A stretch of 64,000 bases of DNA from an uncultured Chlamydiae bacterium (GCA_963828125.1 CAWHDP010000002.1:1504001-1568000); one strand, 5' to 3'; positions 47,252 through 57,481 are shown, counted from the first letter of the stretch. Numbers and translations: made by a program. Notes: generated by a model from the sequence alone, not told the origin.

Positions 47252-49797
47252 TTTTTCAGATGTTTACTCAAAAAGGAGGAGAGCTTCATCATGTCGATCG
47301 GCTCTTTTCCAATGATTTTAGAGAGCGCCGCATCGGGGATGATCCTCCGTTTATTGATCGGGTCTTGGAGTTTGTGGGCTTTAATGTATTCCCAGATCTT
47401 TTTCGTCGCCTCCGGACGGCTCAATTCAGAGACGCCTACGATTTTGGCCAAATCAGCTGAAACTTTATAAGCTGGCTGCGGAACGGCTCTCTTTTTCTTC
47501 GGCTCTTTTTCCTCTTTGCCCCCTTTTTTCCCAAATTTCCCCCGTTTGCCCCTTTTGACGTAGGGCGTTTTCGGGTGATTTGCATCATATTTTTCCTCCA
47601 ACTGATCGAGCGTCGAGACGATCACGTCGCAATCGGGATAATTTGTGCAGGAGAAAAAAGTCTTTCCAAAGCGCGATTTACGGGCTGTGAGGCGCCCGTC
47701 GCAGCCGATCGCAGGGCATGCAGGGAGATTTTCGGCGGTATAGACCGTCTCCCCTTTCTTCGGAATATTGACGATCCCCTTGCATTCGGGATAGCGGGAA
47801 CAGCCGAGGAAGGCCCCATATTTGCCATGGCGCACTGTCATCGGGGATCCGCAGGTCGGGCAGGGTTGGTCCCAATTGAAGGCCTCATCGTAATCTTCTC
47901 TATTGAAAGTGAGCGCCTCGATCGGCGCGGTATAATCGCAGTCGGGATAATTGGAACAGCCGTAAAAATACTTGTTGCGCGACCAGATTTTTTGCAACTT
48001 ATGCTTGCATTTCGGGCAGTCGATCTCGGTGAGGAGTTTGGGGACGACCGCCTCTTTTTCAGCTTTCTCGACGAGCGGAATGAAATCCTTCCAGAAATCG
48101 CGGATCAGATCCTTCCAGTTTTTATTGTGCTCGGCGACTTGCTCCAGCTGATCTTCCATCTGCGCAGTGAATGTGACGTCCATGATCGGCGGGAAGTTTT
48201 GCTCTAGCATGGCGCAAATCACTTTTCCCAGTTCTGTCGGCTTCAATGCCTGACTCTCCTTGACGGTGTAATCGCGGCTCTGGATTTTGTTCATGATCGC
48301 CGCATAGGTAGAGGGGCGGCCGATTCCAAGCCGCTCTAATTCTTTGACGAGCGAGGCCTCTGTAAAACGGGGCGGCGGCTTAGTAAACGACTGAGTCGAA
48401 ATCACCTCATGCAGATGGAGCGGCATGTTGGGCTCCAGAGGGGGGAGAATTTTTGCTCTCTCATCTTCCTCTTCAGTTTGCCCCTTGTCGCTCTTCTCTT
48501 CGTAGGCGGCGAGATAACCATTGAATTTGATCACAGAACCCGTCGCTCGGAGCATCATCTCTTGATCGGTCGCAATATCGGCAGAGACGGTATCGTAGAT
48601 CGCTGGATTCATTTGGGAGGCGATGAACCTCCGCCAAATCAGCAAATAGAGTTTATACTCATCCACGCTCAGATAGGGCCGTATCCGCTCCGGATCATGG
48701 GCCACATTCGTCGGACGAATCCCTTCGTGAGCCTCTTGGGCTGTTTTTTTCGAGGCGTAAATTTTCGGCTGGTCGGGGAGATAGGCAGGGCCGAACCGGT
48801 CTGCAATGTATTTACGGGCGCTTCCAATCGCTTCCGGGGCGATATTGACCGAGTCGGTACGCATATAGGTGATGAGACCCTCGGTCCCATCGGGACCCAT
48901 GTCGATCCCTTCGTAGAGCCCTTGCGCAATATTCATAGTCCGCGCCACAGAAAAGCCGTAGTGGCGGCTCGCCTCTTGCTGGAGCGTTGAAGTAATGAAC
49001 GGGGGAACTGGGTTCCTCTTTTTCTCTTTTTTCTCGACGCTCGCAACGGTGTATTTCGCTTTTTTTAGCTTGTCGGTGATTTTTTTTGCCGTCTCTCCAT
49101 CGCCAATCAGGAAACACTCCTTGCTCCCCCTCTCCTTCTCGACTTTCAGCCCTTGGACGCTCAAAAGAGCGGCTGGAAACTTTCTTTCCCCTTTCGGCTC
49201 CAAAATCGCCCCGATATTCCAGTATTCGACAGGGACGAAAGCGTCGATCTCTTTTTCGCGGTCGACGACGAGTTTGAGAGCGACCGACTGCACCCGCCCA
49301 GCGGAAGAACCGTGGCTCCCCCGCTTCACTTTCCGAGTCAAAATCGGAGAAATTTTATATCCGACAATCCGATCCAGAAGGCGGCGCGCCTGCTGCGCAT
49401 TGACGAGATCCATGTCTATATCGCGGGGGTGGTCGAGAGATTCTTGGACTGCGGCTTTGGTGATCGACTGAAAGGCGGTCCGCTTCATTTTGGTCCCCTT
49501 AGGGAGAATGGAGGCGATATGCCATGCAATCGCCTCCCCCTCCCGATCAGGATCAGGTGAGAGATAGACAATATCGACCTTCTTCGCGGCCTCTTGCAGC
49601 TCTTTGATCACCTCTTTCTTGTCGGCTAGGGTCACATACTTCGGCTCGAAATCGTGTTCCACGTCGATCCCGAACTCTTTTTGGGGTAGATCGCGGATGT
49701 GACCGATCGAAGATGCAAAAATAAAGTTAGAGCCAAGAAATTTCTTGAGCGTCTTGATCTTCGCAGGGGATTCGACGATGACTAGGGCCTTGGCCAT
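47248..49797 (-). CDS. topA: DNA topoisomerase I with Zn ribbons and C-terminal SWIB domain
   Basis: IVESPAK, DPDREGE, GRVQS, LITYMRTD; three Cys ribbons; SRPEATKKIWEYIKAHKLQDP. Confidence 0.97.
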   Translation of the reverse strand: MAKALVIVESPAKIKTLKKFLGSNFIFASSIGHIRDLPQKEFGIDVEHDFEPKYVTLADKKEVIKELQEAAKKVDIVYLSPDPDREGEAIAWHIASILPKGTKMKRTAFQSITKAAVQESLDHPRDIDMDLVNAQQARRLLDRIVGYKISPILTRKVKRGSHGSSAGRVQSVALKLVVDREKEIDAFVPVEYWNIGAILEPKGERKFPAALLSVQGLKVEKERGSKECFLIGDGETAKKITDKLKKAKYTVASVEKKEKKRNPVPPFITSTLQQEASRHYGFSVARTMNIAQGLYEGIDMGPDGTEGLITYMRTDSVNIAPEAIGSARKYIADRFGPAYLPDQPKIYASKKTAQEAHEGIRPTNVAHDPERIRPYLSVDEYKLYLLIWRRFIASQMNPAIYDTVSADIATDQEMMLRATGSVIKFNGYLAAYEEKSDKGQTEEEDERAKILPPLEPNMPLHLHEVISTQSFTKPPPRFTEASLVKELERLGIGRPSTYAAIMNKIQSRDYTVKESQALKPTELGKVICAMLEQNFPPIMDVTFTAQMEDQLEQVAEHNKNWKDLIRDFWKDFIPLVEKAEKEAVVPKLLTEIDCPKCKHKLQKIWSRNKYFYGCSNYPDCDYTAPIEALTFNREDYDEAFNWDQPCPTCGSPMTVRHGKYGAFLGCSRYPECKGIVNIPKKGETVYTAENLPACPAIGCDGRLTARKSRFGKTFFSCTNYPDCDVIVSTLDQLEEKYDANHPKTPYVKRGKRGKFGKKGGKEEKEPKKKRAVPQPAYKVSADLAKIVGVSELSRPEATKKIWEYIKAHKLQDPINKRRIIPDAALSKIIGKEPIDMMKLSSFLSKHLKK

Positions 49798-49893
49798 GCT
49801 ATATAGTCCTTGAAACCGGACAGATAGTACCCGATTTGACAATTTCTAGAAAGTATTGAGAAGATTTCGGCCCTGGCTTCATAATGTCCTTGT

Positions 49894-50682
49894 ATGACAG
49901 ATCGGGATTTGCTTGCACTAGATAATGTCGGTTTCATCCCCGGTCCTGGGGAAATAGAGGGAGATTTTTTAGAGCGGGTAAAAAGGACTCGGGAGAGATT
50001 TGCGAAGGGAGGGGGGATTCCACAGGCCCATTGGGATTGGGTCAGGGAGTATCTCGATCAGATGTTTCATGTAAAGCCGCTTTACATTTGCGCATTTTAT
50101 TCGGACCGCCGTCTTGCCCCTTGGCAGGGGGCTGCCGCCTGGATTGAGGGGCGCGAGCTCCGATCGATCCAGCTTCGCGAGGGGCTGAAACGGGGAAGCT
50201 ACTTAGGGTTATATACGCGTGAAGAGATATTGGCCCATGAAGCGGTTCATGCAGTCCGCAGTGGATTTGACGAGAGCCGGTGCGAAGAATTTTTTGCTTA
50301 CATGACCTCTGAGAAGAGCTGGCGAAGGGTTCTTGGCCCAATTCTCCGGAGGCCGTGGGAAGCGTGGCCTTTTCTTGCAACAGCTGGCATGGGGATCTTT
50401 TGGCCGGCCGGTTATTTGGGTTCTGCCGTATGGGCGGCGATCGGATTTGGCCGATTGATCAGACAGCATTTGCGGTTGCGGAGAGCCGCAGCTCGCATTT
50501 TAGCGTTGACCCAAGATGCGCGGATAGCGAGGGCGATCTTATTTCGACTCACCGATGAGGAGATCAGGCAGTTTGCAAAAGGGGTCGATATTGGGCTGTT
50601 TGCGGAAACACAAACCTGTTTGCGCTGGAGAGTCATTCGAAATTATTTGAAAGGAGAAGCATGGCTAAAAAAATTATCGTAG
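49894..50682 (+). CDS. Conserved chlamydial hypothetical protein with HExxH motif
   Basis: EILAHEAVHAVR...EEFFAY; hydrophobic hairpin; divergent from topA. Confidence 0.8.
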   Translation: MTDRDLLALDNVGFIPGPGEIEGDFLERVKRTRERFAKGGGIPQAHWDWVREYLDQMFHVKPLYICAFYSDRRLAPWQGAAAWIEGRELRSIQLREGLKRGSYLGLYTREEILAHEAVHAVRSGFDESRCEEFFAYMTSEKSWRRVLGPILRRPWEAWPFLATAGMGIFWPAGYLGSAVWAAIGFGRLIRQHLRLRRAAARILALTQDARIARAILFRLTDEEIRQFAKGVDIGLFAETQTCLRWRVIRNYLKGEAWLKKLS

Positions 50683-51581
50683 AGGGTGGAGATGGTTTTA
50701 ACTATTGCGGGGAGCTCGAGGCGGGGAATATTTTATTTTTTCCGTCGATCCCCTTCTCCTTTCCTCAAGAAGAGATCGATTTTCTCCTCAAACAGAAACA
50801 AGGAGGCTCGGCCGCCCGCAAAAATATCGCCTATAAGCCTCAGATCGACCGGATTACGAATCACGACGCCTCCGACCCGATCGCCGCCAGAAGGCTCAAG
50901 GAGATTTTAAAAAATTATTCTCAGCGAGTGACCGAGTATTTATCCGGTCTTCTATTCCCCTATGCCAAAGATTGGAGACACGATTTTGCCAGTTTTAGAC
51001 CTTTTCAGGAGAAGGGGCGAAAACTGAGACTGAGGGCGCGGAACGATCTTCTCCATGTCGACGCTTTTCCGACCCGTCCCCTTCATGGATCGAGGATTTT
51101 CCGTTTTTTCACAAACATCAACCCGGTGGAAGAGCGGCATTGGGTCACCTCCGACGGTTTCGAGGAGCTCGCTAAGAGCTATGCATCAACTGTGGTCATT
51201 CCCCCCTCGACTGGCTACGGCCTCATCAACCGCCTTCAGAGGAAAATGAAGCTCCTCGCCAGCTCCGTCGGCCTCAAAATACCCCTCCGCTCCCCTTACG
51301 ATAGCTTTATGCTCAACATGCACAATTTCCTCAAAGAGAATGGGGAGTTTCAACGGCAGTGCCGTAAAGACCATTGGAAATTCCCTCCCGGGTCTTGCTG
51401 GGCTGTTTTTACCGATCAAGTCTCCCACGCTGCCCTTGCGGGCCAATACGCCCTTGAGCAGACCTTCATTGTGCCCCAGAAAGCGCTCCTTTTTCCAGAA
51501 AGATCGCCTGCCTCTGTCCTAGAGAGGATGTCGGGGCGCAATTTGATCGATCATCAATTTTTGACTGGACAATTTCCATGA
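50661..51581 (+). CDS. Kdo hydroxylase family dioxygenase (KdoO-like)
   Basis: LLHVDAFPTRP..G.RI.RFFTNINP, RSPYD.FML.MH, FPPGS.W.VFTDQVSHA...GQYALEQT. Confidence 0.85.
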   Translation: MAKKIIVEGGDGFNYCGELEAGNILFFPSIPFSFPQEEIDFLLKQKQGGSAARKNIAYKPQIDRITNHDASDPIAARRLKEILKNYSQRVTEYLSGLLFPYAKDWRHDFASFRPFQEKGRKLRLRARNDLLHVDAFPTRPLHGSRIFRFFTNINPVEERHWVTSDGFEELAKSYASTVVIPPSTGYGLINRLQRKMKLLASSVGLKIPLRSPYDSFMLNMHNFLKENGEFQRQCRKDHWKFPPGSCWAVFTDQVSHAALAGQYALEQTFIVPQKALLFPERSPASVLERMSGRNLIDHQFLTGQFP

Positions 51582-52780
51582 AAAAAATTTGGATTTCTCT
51601 CCTTCTCTTAGCGATAACCGGTGGAATTTTTGTTCAGTGGAAGAAGACCAAAATCTATCTCAAAGAAGAGACGATGCTCCGTCATTTAAAGAGGGAGCCT
51701 TTTTTAAATAAGCCGCCGGCGCCCTGGATGTTGGAGCAGATCGAGGACGATTTTCAGGGGATCGGGGAGATTTCAATGGCTGCGATCGACGCCGCTTTTG
51801 CGGAAGTGAAGCATCTGACCCCTTGGGTCGTTAGATACAGAATTATGGATAACGAATTATATCGTTATTTTGTTGAGGGGGAACCGATTACTTTGAAGGA
51901 TAATAGCACAGAAAAAGCGATCAAAACGTTGATGCAGAAAACCTGTTTTCCCGACATGGATTTTCTCATCTCTTATTTGGATCCGTTTCCCTTTCTTCCC
52001 TATCCATTAAACGCCCCCATTCTCGTTTCAGCGAAATTAAAAAATGTCCCAAACGGAATCCTCATTCCCGATTGGCGATCGATCGGTCATTGGTGGATGT
52101 CCGATATCAAAGCGGTGCTCAAAGCCCGGATCCCCTGGTCAATGAAAAAGCCATTTGCCATTTGGCGCGGCTCGTTCACCAAAGCGATCCGGGAAAAGCT
52201 GTGCCAACTCTCATTTGAGCATCCAGACCAGCTCGATGCGCGTCTCAATCAGTGTCCTGCAAATAAAGAACAATATAGGGGGGAAAGGTGTTCATGGGAT
52301 GATTTTTTGGCCTGCAAGTATCTCCCTTATGTCGATGGAGTGATGTGTGCAGCCCCGGCCCTACAGTGGCGGCTCCTCTCCGGTTCGCTTACCTTCAAAC
52401 CCGACTCAGAAGAGATCCAATGGTTCTACCGCGCCCTTGAACCCTACGTCCATTTCGTTCCGCTCAAAAGCGACCTATCCGATCTCATTGAACAGCTTAA
52501 GTGGGCTCAATCACACGATTCTCTCTGCCAAGAGATGGCAGACAAAGCCGCCCTTTTCGCTTATGACAATCTACTATATGGAGACGTGCTCCATTACACA
52601 TCTCTCGTCCTCAAACGATATGCAACTTCCCAACAAATCGATTCCGTCACTCTCAGACGAGAGATTGACGGCGATCCTCATTGGGTGAATATCCAATATA
52701 GATCCTCCATTCGGGATCAGGCCGAAAAGTGCAAGGATCAGAGTGTAAAGTTTTGCGCTGAATCAACCCCTCCTAATTAA
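51578..52780 (+). CDS. GT90 (CAP10/KDELC-like) glycosyltransferase
   Basis: FPDMDF, ILIPD, IPW..K...A.WRG, KYL..VDG, QWFY..LEPYVHFVP. Confidence 0.82.
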   Translation: MKKIWISLLLLAITGGIFVQWKKTKIYLKEETMLRHLKREPFLNKPPAPWMLEQIEDDFQGIGEISMAAIDAAFAEVKHLTPWVVRYRIMDNELYRYFVEGEPITLKDNSTEKAIKTLMQKTCFPDMDFLISYLDPFPFLPYPLNAPILVSAKLKNVPNGILIPDWRSIGHWWMSDIKAVLKARIPWSMKKPFAIWRGSFTKAIREKLCQLSFEHPDQLDARLNQCPANKEQYRGERCSWDDFLACKYLPYVDGVMCAAPALQWRLLSGSLTFKPDSEEIQWFYRALEPYVHFVPLKSDLSDLIEQLKWAQSHDSLCQEMADKAALFAYDNLLYGDVLHYTSLVLKRYATSQQIDSVTLRREIDGDPHWVNIQYRSSIRDQAEKCKDQSVKFCAESTPPN

Positions 52781-52830
52781 CAACAGGATCCAAATCCAAG
52801 TGATGGGCCAATGCTCAGTTTAAAAGAGCT

Positions 52831-52864
52831 TTTTCTCGCGTCTGTGTGAGAAATGCGGGCTAAT
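52831..52864. repeat. Repeat family C, 34 bp
   Basis: TTTTCTCGCGTCTGTGTGAGAAATGCGGGCTAAT; near-identical copy at 57532-57565. Confidence 0.85.
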
Positions 52865-53759
52865 TGTGAGTCGGATGGTAGCGGTTCCAGATATCTTCTG
52901 CATAGCCGTTTTCAGTATTTGGATCCATGCCAGGATCCCATGCCCACATGCAGGAGCTATATCCTTGGCTGGCGGCCCACTGGGCCATTTGATCATAATC
53001 GTAGGCGCCCGACGTTGGATCGATCCCTACGCTGATTTGAGCGGGTTCGAATCCGTAATTGGTTTTGGCCCAATTCGCCCATTGAGTGATCCAGTTTTCC
53101 TCATCGCTGAGACTGCTTGTATAAGACATAATGTAGAGTCGATCGATCGGGCAGGCGCCTCCGTAGCTTTCTTGCGCTGCTTGGAAAATCCTCTGTAAAG
53201 GAACCTCCCAACCGTACTGCCCCCCGAATCCCGCATTAGTGCAAATGCTCGTTTGAAAGCTGGGGTCTTGTTTTTTGTATTCGGCAATCAATTGGCCCAC
53301 TGCCTGTTCCTGATTCATCATGGCCTGGGAATTGGGGTCGTTGCTATCTTCTTCATAGTCAAAGTCGATCCCGTCGATCCCATATTCATGACAAAAGCTC
53401 GCCATACCGGCTGCAAATCCTTGGATGGCCGTTGGATTGGCCGTCCCATCTGGATTCATCAATTGATCCCACGTGTTATTGTAGACCGTCTGTCCGCCGG
53501 CGCCGCCTAAGGAGACTTTCACTGCGATCGGAGGGACATGGTTGTGGCATTCCTCAATGAAGGTTTTGAGCTGATTGACCTGGAGGGAATTGAGTCCATC
53601 GATTGTGTACTGCCCGTTGACGATATCGAGCTTCCCCTCAAAGAGATTGACGCAGTTGACCCCTTCCGGGATAGGATCTGTCCAGCTCCGGTAATCGAGA
53701 TACCAAGTGCCATTTTCAATTTTATAACCGCCATCACTTGAACCGACCGGGTCAGCCAT
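52860..53759 (-). CDS. GH18 glycoside hydrolase (chitinase/ENGase-like)
   Basis: VKVSLGGA, GIDGIDFDYEE (DxxDxDxE), IMSY, MWAW. Confidence 0.85.
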   Translation of the reverse strand: MADPVGSSDGGYKIENGTWYLDYRSWTDPIPEGVNCVNLFEGKLDIVNGQYTIDGLNSLQVNQLKTFIEECHNHVPPIAVKVSLGGAGGQTVYNNTWDQLMNPDGTANPTAIQGFAAGMASFCHEYGIDGIDFDYEEDSNDPNSQAMMNQEQAVGQLIAEYKKQDPSFQTSICTNAGFGGQYGWEVPLQRIFQAAQESYGGACPIDRLYIMSYTSSLSDEENWITQWANWAKTNYGFEPAQISVGIDPTSGAYDYDQMAQWAASQGYSSCMWAWDPGMDPNTENGYAEDIWNRYHPTHN

Positions 53760-53892
53760 TTCATTTCTCCATGTTATTATTAATCACTATTTTATTTCAT
53801 TTAACATAAAATGTAAAACATTTTTTTGTCCATGTAATAATTAACTTAACTATTCTGTGAACCATTAGAAATACTAAGTTGTTGAGTTAGAG

Positions 53893-54565
53893 GAGCATAT
53901 CTTTAGATAGAACATAAAATCTTTATATGACATCATGTCCACTTACTTTACAGGAGGTGGGCTATGGGTAAATTTATAGGACTGAACGATCAAGAATGGG
54001 CTGTTGTAGAGCCATTCATACCCTATAAATGGGGGATTACTTTCAGAGGTAAGCAACCGCTTCATCCAAGAAAAATTCTGAACACCCTGATTTGGATATT
54101 GACGACGGGGGCCCGCTGGTGTGATGTGCCAGTCGGTGATCAATGGGCTTCCAGAGCCTGCGCTCATAAATACTTGGGAGAGTGGAAAAAAACGGAATTT
54201 TAGAACGCATTCTTACTGCATTAGAGGGGGTTTGCGTCGAATGGAAAATGGTTGATTTAACTCGATTGGCGATCGATGGATTTTTCTCTCCCGGGAAAGG
54301 AGGTGGAGAAAAAGTAGACTATGGATACAAGGGGAAGGGAATGACTACTCATCTCCTTGTTGACGGTCTTGGGCAACCTCTTAAGGCTACGAGTACGGGG
54401 GCCTCTGGCGACGAACGCAAGGAAGTGATTCCGCTGTTAAAAAAAAATCAGCGGATGGTTAAAACCAATTATTTCCCAAGGGATAACGCCAATCGTAGAG
54501 GCCGATAAGGGGTATGATGCAGAGGAATTGCGGCTGCAAATTATTAAGTAACTGAAGATAGGTTC
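53893..54565 (+). mobile_element. Defective IS5-family element, 673 bp
   Basis: Imperfect IRs; AGAG flanks both sides; transposase in three frames (WILTTGARW.DVP; AIDG..., HLLVDGLGQPL; ADKGYDA) truncated at 54551. Confidence 0.88.
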
Positions 54566-54623
54566 AGAGGATCGGGTACGCGGGCTCGTTATCTGCTTCA
54601 GAGGTTGGCGCCCCATCATATTT

Positions 54624-54653
54624 TATACTGCGGCCACCCCAAAAGTGTGAATT
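54624..54653. repeat. Palindromic element family A, half copy
   Basis: TATACTGCGGCCACCCCAAAAGTGTGAATT, 17 bp upstream of the mutY ATG. Confidence 0.88.
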
Positions 54654-54670
54654 ATGTTATAACAAAAGGC

Positions 54671-55669
54671 ATGCGAAGCTTAAAAAGTTGGTTTTTGGAG
54701 AACCGGAGGGAATTCCCTTGGCGGGTCGATGTGACGCCGTACAAGGTGTGGATTTCCGAGGTGATGCTGCAACAGACGCGGGCGTCGGTTGTCATTCCCT
54801 ATTTTGTGCGGTGGATGGAGCGATTTCCCGATGTAGAGGCGTTAGCAGCGGCGAGCGTTGAGCGGGTGATCAAGGCATGGGAGGGACTTGGCTATTATAG
54901 CCGGGCGCGCAATCTCCATTCGGGGGCGCGGCAGGTTGTTGAGAGGTTTGGCGGGAAAATCCCGTCGACTTGGGGGGAGCTGGAGACGATTCGGGGGGTG
55001 GGGCCTTATACGATCGGTGCGATATTGAGTTTTGGGTTTAAGAAGAGAGCGGCGGCGGTCGATGGGAATGTGACGCGTGTGCTGGCCCGCTACTTTTTGA
55101 TCCAGGAGAATGTTTGCAAGCAGGCGGTGAAGAGGCGGATTGCTCGGGAAGCGGAGGCGATATTAGACGTCGATGAGCCGTGGATTACGGCTGAGGCTCT
55201 CATTGAGCTGGGGGCGACAGTTTGTACGCCGAGGCCGCGCTGTTCGGTATGCCCTTTGGAAAGGGAGTGCCGCGGAAAAGAGAGGGCCGAGTCGCTGCCG
55301 ATTAAAAATAGGGAAAAAGAGACGGTTTTATTGAAGCGGGCGGTGATCTGGCTGGAGGCGGGAGGGAAAGTATTGGTGAAAAAAGGGGAAAAGGGGAAAG
55401 TGATGGAGGATCTCTATGAATTTCCCTATTTTGAGATGGGATCGATGAGTGAAATTGGTTTGAGAGTTAGAGAGGCTTTTGGCGAGGCTGAATGGGTGGA
55501 AAGGCTCCCTTTAATCACCCATACATTCACCCGGTACAAGGCTGAATTGACCCCGTTTCGATTTCGGGCTTTAGCGCCTCGGGAGAAAAAAGGGTATCAG
55601 TGGGTGGATCGGGGCTCATTAGCGGAGCTCCCCTTTTCGTCGGGCCACCGGAGGATTTTATCCTTATGA
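54671..55669 (+). CDS. mutY: A/G-specific adenine glycosylase
   Basis: VWISEVMLQQT, WEGLGYYSRARNL, VDGNV.RV, Fe-S motif C.P.P.C..CPL...C. Confidence 0.96.
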   Translation: MRSLKSWFLENRREFPWRVDVTPYKVWISEVMLQQTRASVVIPYFVRWMERFPDVEALAAASVERVIKAWEGLGYYSRARNLHSGARQVVERFGGKIPSTWGELETIRGVGPYTIGAILSFGFKKRAAAVDGNVTRVLARYFLIQENVCKQAVKRRIAREAEAILDVDEPWITAEALIELGATVCTPRPRCSVCPLERECRGKERAESLPIKNREKETVLLKRAVIWLEAGGKVLVKKGEKGKVMEDLYEFPYFEMGSMSEIGLRVREAFGEAEWVERLPLITHTFTRYKAELTPFRFRALAPREKKGYQWVDRGSLAELPFSSGHRRILSL

Positions 55670-56775
55670 ACATTCTCCATTTAGAGGCCTCTCCGGGTTG
55701 GGGCGGGCAAGAGATGCGGATTCTCCGCGAGGCGGAGGGGATGCGGCAGCGGGGCCATACGGTGATCTTAGCTGTGATGAGGGGTGGCGGTTTAGTCGGG
55801 AAAGCCCGCGAGGCGGGATTCGTTGTCTACGAATTGAATTTCCATAAAAGGGGCTGGTTTCTCTCTCTCTTCCAACTCCTCCAGATCTTCCGGCGCCACC
55901 GGATCGATCTCGTTAACACTCATTCGTCTCTCGATAGCTGGATCGGCGGGATCGCCGCTCGCCTTGCTCGGAAAACGATTGTCCGGACGCGCCATCTCTC
56001 GACACCAATTAAAGGGGGATTAAATAGCCGGCTTCTCTATGGAAAGCTCTCCGATTTTGTCGTGACAACGTGCGCCTCGATTTTGCCGATGGTCATCGAG
56101 CAATCGGGTAAACCGGCTTGCCGATGCCGCTCGATTGCGACCGGGGTCGATCCTCGTCAAATTCAGGTTCAGGGCGACGAGATCACAGCTTTTCGGGAAG
56201 CTCTGGGCATGGCTCCTGAAGTCTTTCTCGTGGGGACGGCCTGTTTTATGCGCTCTTGGAAAGGGGTCGATGATCTCCTCAAAGCGGCGGATCTCCTTCG
56301 GGGCGTCCCGCAATTGAAATGGGTCGTCATTGGCGGCGGACATGCCGAACGGCATAAACGGCTTGCGGCTGAATTGAAATTGGAAGAGATCGTCACATTT
56401 ACCGGACATCTCGAGCGCCCTTTCCCCGCCCTTGCGGCCCTTGATCTCTTCACCCTCCTGAGTACGGCGCATGAGGGGGTATCTCAAGCGATTTTGCAGG
56501 CGGCCTACTTAGGTAAACCTCTCCTTTCGACTCGGATCGGAGGCCTCTCCGAGGTCTGTGTCGATCAAGTCACTGGCATTAACGTCTCTCCTTTTGCCCC
56601 GCAAGAGGTGGCTGAAGGGGTGCTCCGGCTCAAAGAAAATAAAGGCATGCGGGAGCAATTCGGAGAGAGCGCCCACCGGTTAGTGGCGGATCGATTTACT
56701 TTGAACCATACGCTGGATCAGATGGAAGAGGTATATCGACATCTCTCTTCCAAAAATGTGATTCGAACCGTATAA
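55666..56775 (+). CDS. GT4 glycosyltransferase
   Basis: GWGGQEMR, NTHSS.DSW, RTRH, EGVSQAILQA. Confidence 0.9.
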   Translation: MNILHLEASPGWGGQEMRILREAEGMRQRGHTVILAVMRGGGLVGKAREAGFVVYELNFHKRGWFLSLFQLLQIFRRHRIDLVNTHSSLDSWIGGIAARLARKTIVRTRHLSTPIKGGLNSRLLYGKLSDFVVTTCASILPMVIEQSGKPACRCRSIATGVDPRQIQVQGDEITAFREALGMAPEVFLVGTACFMRSWKGVDDLLKAADLLRGVPQLKWVVIGGGHAERHKRLAAELKLEEIVTFTGHLERPFPALAALDLFTLLSTAHEGVSQAILQAAYLGKPLLSTRIGGLSEVCVDQVTGINVSPFAPQEVAEGVLRLKENKGMREQFGESAHRLVADRFTLNHTLDQMEEVYRHLSSKNVIRTV

Positions 56776-56803
56776 TCCTAAATTTGCAACTTCAAAGGCA
56801 GTT

Positions 56804-57481
56804 ATGATGTCGGAAACGGCCCACTGGATCTTAAATTTATCTGAACGAAAAAAACAGATCGCGGTCGGAACGGCGTCGGTCATAGCGGGGGCGGCCCTCC
56901 TCATCGGTTATTTTCAGTCGGGGCCTAGCGCCCTCAGTTATGCGGCGGCAGAAGCTGCGTTTGACCGTTGGGATGCTTCGCCTGCAGACGATCTGCTCTA
57001 CAAAAGCATGCGGGAGACGATCCGCAGAGTGCCAGCTCTGCAGAGTAAATATGAGGCGGCGATCGCGCAGAAGCTGCTCAATACAGACAAGATCAATGAG
57101 GCCCTTGTCATGGCTAACCGCGCCTTGAACCGGGTTCAGGAGGAGGTCCCTTTCCACGCTACCTATGCCAAAACGAGCCTTCTTATTGAACAGGGGAGCT
57201 TTCAGCAGGCCCTTGAAAATGCGGTGGCCCTCAAAGAGCAGATGGGATCCTCTTTTCTCACTGAGCCTAAAGGGGGCTCGCTCCTTTATGTCCACAATTT
57301 GCTTCGGATCGCCTGTCTGCAGCAAGAGTTGAAGAACCGGCCTGGCGAAAGGTCTGCTTGGGAAGAGCTTTCCTGTTTTCTCCAAACGGAGACAAGACTG
57401 GCCCAGACGCTCCTAGAGAGTTTTTCTGAAAAACAGGTGAATCTCAACCAATATATCGCCGAGCGAAAAAAACTCCTCTAG
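56804..57481 (+). CDS. Hypothetical membrane-anchored helical protein
   Basis: 225 codons; N-terminal TM; helical composition. Confidence 0.75.
   Translation: MMSETAHWILNLSERKKQIAVGTASVIAGAALLIGYFQSGPSALSYAAAEAAFDRWDASPADDLLYKSMRETIRRVPALQSKYEAAIAQKLLNTDKINEALVMANRALNRVQEEVPFHATYAKTSLLIEQGSFQQALENAVALKEQMGSSFLTEPKGGSLLYVHNLLRIACLQQELKNRPGERSAWEELSCFLQTETRLAQTLLESFSEKQVNLNQYIAERKKLL

Noticed and set aside
47248..47480. SWIB domain on topoisomerase I as a novelty
   Set aside because: Already a known chlamydial feature.
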